A stretch of 64,000 nt of DNA, taken from Eledone cirrhosa. Its lineage: Eukaryota. Shown in pieces: positions 42,001 to 56,100 of this stretch. Location of the stretch: positions 31,558,001 to 31,622,000 of the forward strand of contig OZ024758.1 of assembly GCA_964016885.1 (NCBI GenBank), written 5' to 3'. The notes beneath the pieces were generated by a model. The model searched no databases. It saw only the letters and a list, made by a program, of their open reading frames with translations, and was not told where the DNA came from. Position 1 is the stretch's first letter, and every line of letters starts with the position of its first letter. The position numbers and the translations under genes are program-made.

Positions 42001-45000
42001 ATAGACAATAGATGACAGCTGGGGGAAGGTCTATGTCCTACAATAGACAATAGATGACAGCTGGGGGAAGGTCTATGTCCTACAATAGACAATAGATGTC
42101 AGCTGGGGGAAGGTCTATGTCCTACAATAGACAATAGATGTCAGCTGGGGGAAGGTCTATGTCCTACAATGGACAATAGATGACAGCTGGGGAAAGGTCT
42201 ATGTCCTACAATGGACAATAGATGACACAGCTGGGGGAAGGTCTATGTCCTACAAAAGACAATAGATGTCAGCTGGGGGAAGGTCTATGTCCTACAATGG
42301 ACAATAGATGACAGCTGGGGCAAGGTCTATGTCCTACAATAGACAATTGATGACAGCTGGGGCAAGGTCTATGTCCTACAATAGACAATAGATGACAGCT
42401 GGGGGAAGGTCTATGTCCTACAATAGACAATAGATGTCAGCTGGGGGAAGGTCTATGTCCTACAATGGACAATAGATGACAGCTGGGGCAAGGTCTATGT
42501 CCTACAATAGACAATAGATGACAGCTGGGGCATGGTCTATGTCCTACAATAGACAATAGATGACAGCTGGGGGAAGGTCAATGTCCTACAATAGACAATA
42601 GATGTCAGCTGGGGGAAGGTCTATGTCCTACAATGGACAATAGATGACAGCTTGGGCAAGGTCTATGTCCTACAATAGACAATAGATGTCAGCTGGGGGA
42701 AGGTCTATGTCCTACAATGGACAATAGATGACAGCTGGGGCAAGGTCTATGTCCTACAATAGACAATAGATGTCAGCTGGGGGAAGGTCTATGTCCTACG
42801 ATAGACAATAGATGTCAGCTGGGGGAAGGTCTATGTCCTACAATAGACAATAGATGACAGCTGGGGGAAGGTCTATGTCCTACAATAGACAATAGATGAC
42901 AGCTGGGGGAAGGTCTATGTCCTACAATAGACAATAGATGTCAGCTGGGGGAAGGTCTATGTCCTACAATAGACAATAGATGTCAGCTGGGGGAAGGTCT
43001 ATGTCCTACAATGGACAATAGATGACAGCTGGGGAAAGGTCTATGTCCTACAATGGACAATAGATGACACAGCTGGGGGAAGGTCTATGTCCTACAGTAG
43101 ACAATAGATGACAGCTGGGGCAAGGTCTATGTCCTACAATAGACAATAGATGACAGCTGGGGCAAGGTCTATGTCCTACAATAGACAATAGATGACATCT
43201 GGGGGAAGGTCTATGTCCTACAATAGACAATAGATGACAGCTGGGGCAAGGTCTATGTCCTACAATAGACAATAGATGTCAGCTGGGGCAAGGTCTATGT
43301 CCTACAATGGACAATAGATGACACAGCTGGGGGAAGGTCTATGTCCTACAATAGACAATAGATGACAGCTGGGAGAAGGTCTATGTCCTACAATAGACAA
43401 TAGATGACAGCTGGGGGAAGGTCTATGTCCTACAATAGACAATAGATGACAGCTGGGGGAAGGTCTATGTCCTACAATGGACAATAGATGACACAGCTGG
43501 GAGAAGGTCTATGTCCTACAATAGACAATAGATGACAGCTGGGAGAAGGTCTATGTCCTACAATGGACAATAGATGACAGCTGGGGGAAGGTCTATGTCC
43601 TACAATAGACAATAGATGACAGCTGGGGGAAGGTCTATGTCCTACAATGGACAATAGATGACACAGCTGGGAGAAGGTCTATGTCCTACAATAGACAATA
43701 GATGACAGCTGGGAGAAGGTCTATGTCCTACAATGGACAATAGATGACAGCTGGGGCAAGGTCTATGTCCTACAATGGACAATAGATGACACAGCTGGGG
43801 GAAGGTCTATGTCCTACAATAGACAATAGATGACAGCTGGGGGAAGGTCTATGTCCTACAATAGACAATAGATGACAGCTGGGGGAAGGTCTATGTCCTA
43901 CAATAGACAATAGATGACAGCTGGGGGAAGGTCTATGTCCTACAATGGACAATAGATGACAGCTGGGGGAAGGTCTATGTCCTACAATGGACAATAGATG
44001 ACAGCTGGGGCAAGGTCTATGTCCTACAATAGACAATAGATGACAGCTGGGGGAAGGTCTATGTCCTACAATGGACATTAGATGACAGCTGGGGCAAGGT
44101 CTATGTCCTACAATAGACAGTAGATGACAGCTGGGGCAAGGTCTATGTCCTACAATAGACAATAGATGACAGCTGGGGGAAGGTCTATGTCCTACAATGG
44201 ACAATAGATGACAGCTGGGGCAAGGTCTATGTCCTACAATAGATAATAGATGACAGCTGGGGGAAGGTCTATGTCCTACAAAAGACAATAGATGTCAGCT
44301 GGGGGAAGGTCTATGTCCTACAATGGACAATAGATGACAGCTGGGGCAAGGTCTATGTCCTACAATAGACAATTGATGACAGCTGGGGCAAGGTCTATGT
44401 CCTACAATAGACAATAGATGACAGCTGGGGGAAGGTCTATGTCCTACAATAGACAATAGATGTCAGCTGGGGGAAGGTCTATGTCCTACAATGGACAATA
44501 GATGACAGCTGGGGCAAGGTCTATGTCCTACAATAGACAATAGATGACAGCTGGGGCATGGTCTATGTCCTACAATAGACAATAGATGACAGCTGGGGCA
44601 AGGTCTATGTCCTACAATAGACAATAGATGACAGCTGGGGGAAGGTCTATGTCCTACAATAGACAACAGATGTCAGCTGGTGGAAGGTCTATGTCCTACA
44701 ATAGACAATAGATGTCAGCTGGGGGAAGGTCTATGTCCTACAATAGACAATAGATGACAGCTGGGGGAAGGTCTATGTCTTACAATAGACAATAGATGTC
44801 AGCTGGGGGAAGGTCTATGTCCTTCAATAGACAATAGATGTCAGCTGGGGTAAGGTCTATGTCCTACAATGTACAATAGATGACACAGCTGGGAGAAGGT
44901 CTATGTCCTACAATAGACAATAGATATCAGCTGGGGGAAGGTCTATGTCCTACAATAGACAATAGATGTCAGCTGGGGGAAGGTCTATGTCCTACAATGG

Positions 45001-48000
45001 ACAATAGATGACACAGCTGGGAGAAGGTCTATGTCCTACAATAGACAATAGATGACAGCTGGGGCAAGGTCTATGTCCTACAATAGACAATAGATGACAG
45101 CTGGGGGAAGGTCTATGTCCTACAATAAACAATAGATGACAGCTGGGGGAAGGTCTATGTCCTACAATGGACAATAGATGACAGCTGGGGCAAGGTCTAT
45201 GTCCTACAATGGACAATAGATGACAGCTGGGGGAAGGTCTATGTCCTACAATGGACAATAGATGACAGCTGGGGCAAGGTCTATGTCCTACAATAGACAA
45301 TAGATGACAGCTGGGGGAAGGTCTATGTCCTACAATGGACATTAGATGACAGCTGGGGCAAGGTCTATGTCCTACAATAGACAGTAAATGACAGCTGGGG
45401 CAAGGTCTATGTCCTACAATAGACAATAGATGACAGCTGGGGGAAGGTCTATGTCCTACAATGGACAATAGATGACAGCTGGGGCAAGGTCTATGTCCTA
45501 CAATAGATAATAGATGACAGCTGGGGGAAGGTCTATGTCCTACAATAGACAATAGATGACAGCTGGGGGAAGGTCTATGTCCTACAATAAACAATAGATG
45601 ACAGCTGGGGGAAGGTCTATGTCCTACAATGGACAATAGATGACAGCTGGGGCAAGGTCTATGTCCTACAATGGACAATAGATGACAGCTGGGGGAAGGT
45701 CTATGTCCTACAATGGACAATAGATGACAGCTGGGGCAAGGTCTATGTCCTACAATAGACAATAGATGACAGCTGGGGGAAGGTCTATGTCCTACAATGG
45801 ACATTAGATGACAGCTGGGGCAAGGTCTATGTCCTACAATAGACAGTAGATGACAGCTGGGGCAAGGTCTATGTCCTACAATAGACAATAGATGACAGCT
45901 GGGGGAAGGTCTATGTCCTACAATGGACAATAGATGACAGCTGGGGCAAGGTCTATGTCCTACAATAGATAATAGATGACAGCTGGGGGAAGGTCTATGT
46001 CCTACAAAAGACAATAGATGTCAGCTGGGGGAAGGTCTATGTCCTACAATGGACAATAGATGACAGCTGGGGCAAGGTCTATGTCCTACAATAGACAATT
46101 GATGACAGCTGGGGCAAGGTCTATGTCCTACAATAGACAATAGATGACAGCTGGGGGAAGGTCTATGTCCTACAATAGACAATAGATGTCAGCTGGGGGA
46201 AGGTCTATGTCCTACAATGGACAATAGATGACAGCTGGGGCAAGGTCTATGTCCTACAATAGACAATAGATGACAGCTGGGGCATGGTCTATGTCCTACA
46301 ATAGACAATAGATGACAGCTGGGGGAAGGTCAATGTCCTACAATAGACAATAGATGTCAGCTGGGGGAAGGTCTATGTCCTACAATGGACGATAGATGAC
46401 AGCTTGGGCAAGGTCTATGTCCTACAATAGACAATAGATGTCAGCTGGGGGAAGGTCTATGTCCTACAATGGACAATAGATGACAGCTGGGGCAAGGTCT
46501 ATGTCCTACAATAGACAATAGATGTCAGCTGGGGGAAGGTCTATGTCCTACAATAGACAATAGATGTCAGCTGGGGGAAGGTCTATGTCCTACAATAGAC
46601 AATAGATGACAGCTGGGGGAAGGTCTATGTCCTACAATAGACAATAGATGACAGCTGGGGGAAGGTCTATGTCCTACAATAGACAATAGATGTCAGCTGG
46701 GGGAAGGTCTATGTCCTACAATAGACAATAGATGTCAGCTGGGGGAAGGTCTATGTCCTACAATGGACAATAGATGACAGCTGGGGAAAGGTCTATGTCC
46801 TACAATGGACAATAGATGACACAGCTGGGGGAAGGTCTATGTCCTACAGTAGACAATAGATGACAGCTGGGGCAAGGTCAATGTGCTACAATAGACAATA
46901 GATGACAGCTGGGGCAAGGTCTGTGTCCTACAATAGACAATAGATGACATCTGGGGGAAGGTCTAGGTCCTACAATAGACAATAGATGACAGCTGGGGCA
47001 AGGTCTATGTCCTACAATAGACAATAGATGACAGCTGGGGGAAGGTCTATGTCCTACAATAAACAATAGATGACAGCTGGGGGAAGGTCTATGTCCTACA
47101 ATGGACAATAGATGACAGCTGGGGCAAGGTCTATGTCCTACAATGGACAATAGATGACAGCTGGGGGAAGGTCTATGTCCTACAATGGACAATAGATGAC
47201 AGCTGGGGCAAGGTCTATGTCCTACAATAGACAATAGATGACAGCTGGGGGAAGGTCTATGTCCTACAATGGACATTAGATGACAGCTGGGGCAAGGTCT
47301 ATGTCCTACAATAGACAGTAGATGACAGCTGGGGCAAGGTCTATGTCCTACAATAGACAATAGATGACAGCTGGGGGAAGGTCTATGTCCTACAATGGAC
47401 AATAGATGACAGCTGGGGCAAGGTCTATGTCCTACAATAGATAATAGATGACAGCTGGGGGAAGGTCTATGTCCTACAAAAGACAATAGATGTCAGCTGG
47501 GGGAAGGTCTATGTCCTACAATGGACAATAGATGACAGCTGGGGCAAGGTCTATGTCCTACAATAGACAATTGATGACAGCTGGGGCAAGGTCTATGTCC
47601 TACAATAGACAATAGATGACAGCTGGGGGAAGGTCTATGTCCTACAATAGACAATAGATGTCAGCTGGGGGAAGGTCTATGTCCTACAATGGACAATAGA
47701 TGACAGCTGGGGCAAGGTCTATGTCCTACAATAGACAATAGATGACAGCTGGGGCATGGTCTATGTCCTACAATAGACAATAGATGACAGCTGGGGGAAG
47801 GTCAATGTCCTACAATAGACAATAGATGTCAGCTGGGGGAAGGTCTATGTCCTACAATGGACGATAGATGACAGCTTGGGCAAGGTCTATGTCCTACAAT
47901 AGACAATAGATGTCAGCTGGGGGAAGGTCTATGTCCTACAATGGACAATAGATGACAGCTGGGGCAAGGTCTATGTCCTACAATAGACAATAGATGTCAG

Positions 48001-50159
48001 CTGGGGGAAGGTCTATGTCCTACAATAGACAATAGATGTCAGCTGGGGGAAGGTCTATGTCCTACAATAGACAATAGATGACAGCTGGGGGAAGGTCTAT
48101 GTCCTACAATAGACAATAGATGACAGCTGGGGGAAGGTCTATGTCCTACAATAGACAATAGATGTCAGCTGGGGGAAGGTCTATGTCCTACAATAGACAA
48201 TAGATGTCAGCTGGGGGAAGGTCTATGTCCTACAATGGACAATAGATGACAGCTGGGGAAAGGTCTATGTCCTACAATGGACAATAGATGACACAGCTGG
48301 GGGAAGGTCTATGTCCTACAGTAGACAATAGATGACAGCTGGGGCAAGGTCAATGTGCTACAATAGACAATAGATGACAGCTGGGGCAAGGTCTGTGTCC
48401 TACAATAGACAATAGATGACATCTGGGGGAAGGTCTAGGTCCTACAATAGACAATAGATGACAGCTGGGGCAAGGTCTATGTCCTACAATAGACAATAGA
48501 TGTCAGCTGGGGCAAGGTCTATGTCCTACAATGGACAATAGATGACACAGCTGGGGGAAGGTCTATGTCCTACAATAGACAATAGATGACAGCTGGGAGA
48601 AGGTCAAAGTCCTACAATAGACAATCGATGACAGCTGGGGCAAGGCCTATCTCCTACAATAGACAATAGATGACAGCTGGGGCAAGGTCTATGTCCTACA
48701 ATAGACAATAGATGACAGCTGGGGGAAGGTCTATGTCCTACAATAGACAATAGATGACAGCTGGGGCAAGGTCTATGTCCTACAATGGACAATAGATGAC
48801 ACAGCTGGGGGAAGGTCTATGTCCTACAATAGACAATAGATGACAGCTGGGGGAAGGTCTATGTCCTACAATAGACAATAGATGACAGCTGGGGGAAGGT
48901 CTATGTCCTACAATAGACAATAGATGACAGCTGGGGGAAGGTCTATGTCCTACAATAGACAATAGATGACAGCTGGGGGAAGGTCTATGTCCTACAATGG
49001 ACAATAGATGACACAGCTGGGAGAAGGTCTATGTCCTACAATAGACAATAGATGACAGCTGGGAGAAGGTCTATGTCCTACAATGGACAATAGATGACAG
49101 CTGGGGGAAGGTCTATGTCCTACAATAGACAATAGATGACAGCTGGGGGAAGGTCTATGTCCTACAATAGACAATAGATGACACAGCTGGGAGAAGGTCT
49201 ATGTCCTACAATAGACAATAGATGACACAGCTGGGAGAAGATCTATGTCCTACAATAAACAATAGATGTCAGATGGGGGAAGGTCTATGTCCTACAATAG
49301 ACAATAGATGACAGCTGGGGGAAGGTCTATGTCCTACAATGGACAATAGATGTCAGCTGGAGCAAGGTCTATGTCCTACAATAGACAATAGATGACACAG
49401 CTGGGAGAAGGTCTATGTCCTACAATAGACAATAGATGACACAGCTGGCAGAAGGTCTATGTCCTTCAATAGACAATAGATGTCAGCTGGGGGAAGGTCT
49501 ATGTCCTACAATGGACAATAGCTGACACAGCTGGGAGAAGGTCTATGTCCTACAATGGACAATAGATGACACAGCTGGGGGAAGGTCTATGTCCTACAAT
49601 GGACAATAGATGACACAGCTGGGAGAAGGTCTTTGTCCTACAATGGACAATAGATGACAGCTGGGGGAAGGTCTATATCCTACAATGGACAATAGATGAC
49701 ACAGCTGGGAGAAGGTCTATGTCCTACAATAGACAATAGATGGCAGCTGGGGGAAGGTCTATGTCCTACAATGGACAATAGATGACAAAGCTGGGAGAAG
49801 GTCTATGTCCTACAATAGACAATAGATGTCAGCTGGGGCAAGGTCTATGTCCTACAATGGACAATAGATGACACAGCTGGGGGAAGGTCTATGTCCTACA
49901 ATGGACAATAGATGACAGCTGGGGGAATGTCTATGTCCTACAATGGACAATAGATGACACAGCTGGGAGAAGGTCTATGTCCTACAATGGACAATAGATG
50001 ACAGCTGGGGGAAGGTCTATGTCCTACAATGGACAATAGATGTGAGCTGGGGGAAGGTCTATGTCCTACAATAGACAATAGATGACAGCTGGGGCAAGGT
50101 CTATTTCCTACAATAGACAATAGATGACAGCTGGGGGAAGGTCTATGTCCTACAATAGA

Positions 50160-53100
50160 CAACAGATGTCAGCTGGTGGAAGGTCTATGTCCTACAATAG
50201 ACAATAGATGTCAGCTGGGGGAAGGTCTATGTCCTACAATAGACAATAGATGACAGCTGGGGGAAGGTCTATGTCTTACAATAGACAATAGATGTCAGCT
50301 GGGGGAAGGTCTATGTCCTTCAATAGACAATAGATGTCAGCTGGGGTAAGGTCTATGTCCTACAATGTACAATAGATGACACAGCTGGGAGAAGGTCTAT
50401 GTCCTACAATAGACAATAGATATCAGCTGGGGGAAGGTCTATGTCCTACAATAGACAATAGATGTCAGCTGGGGGAAGGTCTATGTCCTACAATGGACAA
50501 TAGATGACACAGCTGGGAGAAGGTCTATGTCCTACAATAGACAATAGATGACAGCTGGGGCAAGGTCTATGTCCTACAATAGACAATAGATGACAGCTGG
50601 GGGAAGGTCTATGTCCTACAATAAACAATAGATGACAGCTGGGGGAAGGTCTATGTCCTACAATGGACAATAGATGACAGCTGGGGCAAGGTCTATGTCC
50701 TACAATGGACAATAGATGACAGCTGGGGGAAGGTCTATGTCCTACAATGGACAATAGATGACAGCTGGGGCAAGGTCTATGTCCTACAATAGACAATAGA
50801 TGACAGCTGGGGGAAGGTCTATGTCCTACAATGGACATTAGATGACAGCTGGGGCAAGGTCTATGTCCTACAATAGACAGTAAATGACAGCTGGGGCAAG
50901 GTCTATGTCCTACAATAGACAATAGATGACAGCTGGGGGAAGGTCTATGTCCTACAATGGACAATAGATGACAGCTGGGGCAAGGTCTATGTCCTACAAT
51001 AGATAATAGATGACAGCTGGGGGAAGGTCTATGTCCTACAAAAGACAATAGATGTCAGCTGGGGGAAGGTCTATGTCCTACAATGGACAATAGATGACAG
51101 CTGGGGCAAGGTCTATGTCCTACAATAGACAATTGATGACAGCTGGGGCAAGGTCTATGTCCTACAATAGACAATAGATGACAGCTGGGGGAAGGTCTAT
51201 GTCCTACAATAGACAATAGATGTCAGCTGGGGGAAGGTCTATGTCCTACAATGGACAATAGATGACAGCTGGGGCAAGGTCTATGTCCTACAATAGACAA
51301 TAGATGACAGCTGGGGCATGGTCTATGTCCTACAATAGACAATAGATGACAGCTGGGGGAAGGTCAATGTCCTACAATAGACAATAGATGTCAGCTGGGG
51401 GAAGGTCTATGTCCTACAATGGACAATAGATGACAGCTTGGGCAAGGTCTATGTCCTACAATAGACAATAGATGTCAGCTGGGGGAAGGTCTATGTCCTA
51501 CAATGGACAATAGATGACAGCTGGGGCAAGGTCTATGTCCTACAATAGACAATAGATGTCAGCTGGGGGAAGGTCTATGTCCTACAATAGACAATAGATG
51601 TCAGCTGGGGGAAGGTCTATGTCCTACAATAGACAATAGATGACAGCTGGGGGAAGGTCTATGTCCTACAATAGACAATAGATGACAGCTGGGGGAAGGT
51701 CTATGTCCTACAATAGACAATAGATGTCAGCTGGGGGAAGGTCTATGTCCTACAATAGACAATAGATGTCAGCTGGGGGAAGGTCTATGTCCTACAATGG
51801 ACAATAGATGACAGCTGGGGAAAGGTCTATGTCCTACAATGGACAATAGATGACACAGCTGGGGGAAGGTCTATGTCCTACAAAAGACAATAGATGTCAG
51901 CTGGGGGAAGGTCTATGTCCTACAATGGACAATAGATGACAGCTGGGGCAAGGTCTATGTCCTACAATAGACAATTGATGACAGCTGGGGCAAGGTCTAT
52001 GTCCTACAATAGACAATAGATGACAGCTGGGGGAAGGTCTATGTCCTAGAATAGACAATAGATGTCAGCTGGGGGAAGGTCTATGTCCTACAATGGACAA
52101 TAGATGACAGCTGGGGCAAGGTCTATGTCCTACAATAGACAATAGATGACAGCTGGGGCATGGTCTATGTCCTACAATAGACAATAGATGACAGCTGGGG
52201 GAAGGTCAATGTCCTACAATAGACAATAGATGTCAGCTGGGGGAAGGTCTATGTCATACAATGGACAATAGATGACAGCTTGGGCAAGGTCTATGTCCTA
52301 CAATAGACAATAGATGTCAGCTGGGGGAAGGTCTATGTCCTACAATGGACAATAGATGACAGCTGGGGCAAGGTCTATGTCCTACAATAGACAATAGATG
52401 TCAGCTGGGGGAAGGTCTATGTCCTACGATAGACAATAGATGTCAGCTGGGGGAAGGTCTATGTCCTACAATAGACAATAGATGACAGCTGGGGGAAGGT
52501 CTATGTCCTACAATAGACAATAGATGACAGCTGGGGGAAGGTCTATGTCCTACAATAGACAATAGATGTCAGCTGGGGGAAGGTCTATGTCCTACAATAG
52601 ACAATAGATGTCAGCTGGGGGAAGGTCTATGTCCTACAATGGACAATAGATGACAGCTGGGGAAAGGTCTATGTCCTACAATGGACAATAGATGACACAG
52701 CTGGGGGAAGGTCTATGTCCTACAGTAGACAATAGATGACAGCTGGGGCAAGGTCTATGTCCTACAATAGACAATAGATGACAGCTGGGGCAAGGTCTAT
52801 GTCCTACAATAGACAATAGATGACATCTGGGGGAAGGTCTATGTCCTACAATAGACAATAGATGACAGCTGGGGCAAGGTCTATGTCCTACAATAGACAA
52901 TAGATGTCAGCTGGGGCAAGGTCTATGTCCTACAATGGACAATAGATGACACAGCTGGGGGAAGGTCTATGTCCTACAATAGACAATAGATGACAGCTGG
53001 GAGAAGGTCTATGTCCTACAATAGACAATAGATGACAGCTGGGGGAAGGTCTATGTCCTACAATAGACAATAGATGACAGCTGGGGGAAGGTCTATGTCC

Positions 53101-56100
53101 TACAATGGACAATAGATGACACAGCTGGGAGAAGGTCTATGTCCTACAATAGACAATAGATGACAGCTGGGAGAAGGTCTATGTCCTACAATGGACAATA
53201 GATGACAGCTGGGGGAAGGTCTATGTCCTACAATAGACAATAGATGACAGCTGGGGGAAGGTCTATGTCCTACAATGGACAATAGATGACACAGCTGGGA
53301 GAAGGTCTATGTCCTACAATAGACAATAGATGACAGCTGGGAGAAGGTCTATGTCCTACAATGGACAATAGATGACAGCTGGGGCAAGGTCTATGTCCTA
53401 CAATGGACAATAGATGACACAGCTGGGGGAAGGTCTATGTCCTACAATAGACAATAGATGACAGCTGGGGGAAGGTCTATGTCCTACAATAGACAATAGA
53501 TGACAGCTGGGGGAAGGTCTATGTCCTACAATAGACAATAGATGACAGCTGGGGGAAGGTCTATGTCCTACAATGGACAATAGATGACAGCTGGGGGAAG
53601 GTCTATGTCCTACAATGGACAATAGATGACAGCTGGGGCAAGGTCTATGTCCTACAATAGACAATAGATGACAGCTGGGGGAAGGTCTATGTCCTACAAT
53701 GGACATTAGATGACAGCTGGGGCAAGGTCTATGTCCTACAATAGACAGTAGATGACAGCTGGGGCAAGGTCTATGTCCTACAATAGACAATAGATGACAG
53801 CTGGGGGAAGGTCTATGTCCTACAATGGACAATAGATGACAGCTGGGGCAAGGTCTATGTCCTACAATAGATAATAGATGACAGCTGGGGGAAGGTCTAT
53901 GTCCTACAAAAGACAATAGATGTCAGCTGGGGGAAGGTCTATGTCCTACAATGGACAATAGATGACAGCTGGGGCAAGGTCTATGTCCTACAATAGACAA
54001 TTGATGACAGCTGGGGCAAGGTCTATGTCCTACAATAGACAATAGATGACAGCTGGGGGAAGGTCTATGTCCTACAATAGACAATAGATGTCAGCTGGGG
54101 GAAGGTCTATGTCCTACAATGGACAATAGATGACAGCTGGGGCAAGGTCTATGTCCTACAATAGACAATAGATGACAGCTGGGGCATGGTCTATGTCCTA
54201 CAATAGACAATAGATGACAGCTGGGGCAAGGTCTATGTCCTACAATAGACAATAGATGACAGCTGGGGGAAGGTCTATGTCCTACAATAGACAACAGATG
54301 TCAGCTGGTGGAAGGTCTATGTCCTACAATAGACAATAGATGTCAGCTGGGGGAAGGTCTATGTCCTACAATAGACAATAGATGACAGCTGGGGGAAGGT
54401 CTATGTCTTACAATAGACAATAGATGTCAGCTGGGGGAAGGTCTATGTCCTTCAATAGACAATAGATGTCAGCTGGGGTAAGGTCTATGTCCTACAATGT
54501 ACAATAGATGACACAGCTGGGAGAAGGTCTATGTCCTACAATAGACAATAGATATCAGCTGGGGGAAGGTCTATGTCCTACAATAGACAATAGATGTCAG
54601 CTGGGGGAAGGTCTATGTCCTACAATGGACAATAGATGACACAGCTGGGAGAAGGTCTATGTCCTACAATAGACAATAGATGACAGCTGGGGCAAGGTCT
54701 ATGTCCTACAATAGACAATAGATGACAGCTGGGGGAAGGTCTATGTCCTACAATAAACAATAGATGACAGCTGGGGGAAGGTCTATGTCCTACAATGGAC
54801 AATAGATGACAGCTGGGGCAAGGTCTATGTCCTACAATGGACAATAGATGACAGCTGGGGGAAGGTCTATGTCCTACAATGGACAATAGATGACAGCTGG
54901 GGCAAGGTCTATGTCCTACAATAGACAATAGATGACAGCTGGGGGAAGGTCTATGTCCTACAATGGACATTAGATGACAGCTGGGGCAAGGTCTATGTCC
55001 TACAATAGACAGTAAATGACAGCTGGGGCAAGGTCTATGTCCTACAATAGACAATAGATGACAGCTGGGGGAAGGTCTATGTCCTACAATGGACAATAGA
55101 TGACAGCTGGGGCAAGGTCTATGTCCTACAATAGATAATAGATGACAGCTGGGGGAAGGTCTATGTCCTACAAAAGACAATAGATGTCAGCTGGGGGAAG
55201 GTCTATGTCCTACAATGGACAATAGATGACAGCTGGGGCAAGGTCTATGTCCTACAATAGACAATTGATGACAGCTGGGGCAAGGTCTATGTCCTACAAT
55301 AGACAATAGATGACAGCTGGGGGAAGGTCTATGTCCTACAATAGACAATAGATGTCAGCTGGGGGAAGGTCTATGTCCTACAATGGACAATAGATGACAG
55401 CTGGGGCAAGGTCTATGTCCTACAATAGACAATAGATGACAGCTGGGGCATGGTCTATGTCCTACAATAGACAATAGATGACAGCTGGGGGAAGGTCAAT
55501 GTCCTACAATAGACAATAGATGTCAGCTGGGGGAAGGTCTATGTCCTACAATGGACAATAGATGACAGCTTGGGCAAGGTCTATGTCCTACAATAGACAA
55601 TAGATGTCAGCTGGGGGAAGGTCTATGTCCTACAATGGACAATAGATGACAGCTGGGGCAAGGTCTATGTCCTACAATAGACAATAGATGTCAGCTGGGG
55701 GAAGGTCTATGTCCTACAATAGACAATAAATGTCAGCTGGGGGAAGGTCTATGTCCTACAATAGACAATAGATGACAGCTGGGGGAAGGTCTATGTCCTA
55801 CAATAGACAATAGATGACAGCTGGGGGAAGGTCTATGTCCTACAATAGACAATAGATGTCAGCTGGGGGAAGGTCTATGTCCTACAATAGACAATAGATG
55901 TCAGCTGGGGGAAGGTCTATGTCCTACAATGGACAATAGATGACAGCTGGGGAAAGGTCTATGTCCTACAATGGACAATAGATGACACAGCTGGGGGAAG
56001 GTCTATGTCCTACAAAAGACAATAGATGTCAGCTGGGGGAAGGTCTATGTCCTACAATGGACAATAGATGACAGCTGGGGCAAGGTCTATGTCCTACAAT

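Larger units (their letters stand above)
25910..55150 (+). repeat. Three tandem copies of a ~9.6-kb HOR (about 228 monomers; periods 9628 and 10010 bp)
   Basis: ORF sets 27240/36868/46878, 28966/38594/48604 and 30300/39928/49938 are offset by 9628 then 10010. Sets 33038/43048/52676 and 34453/44463/54091 are offset by 10010 then 9628. Confidence 0.9.
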
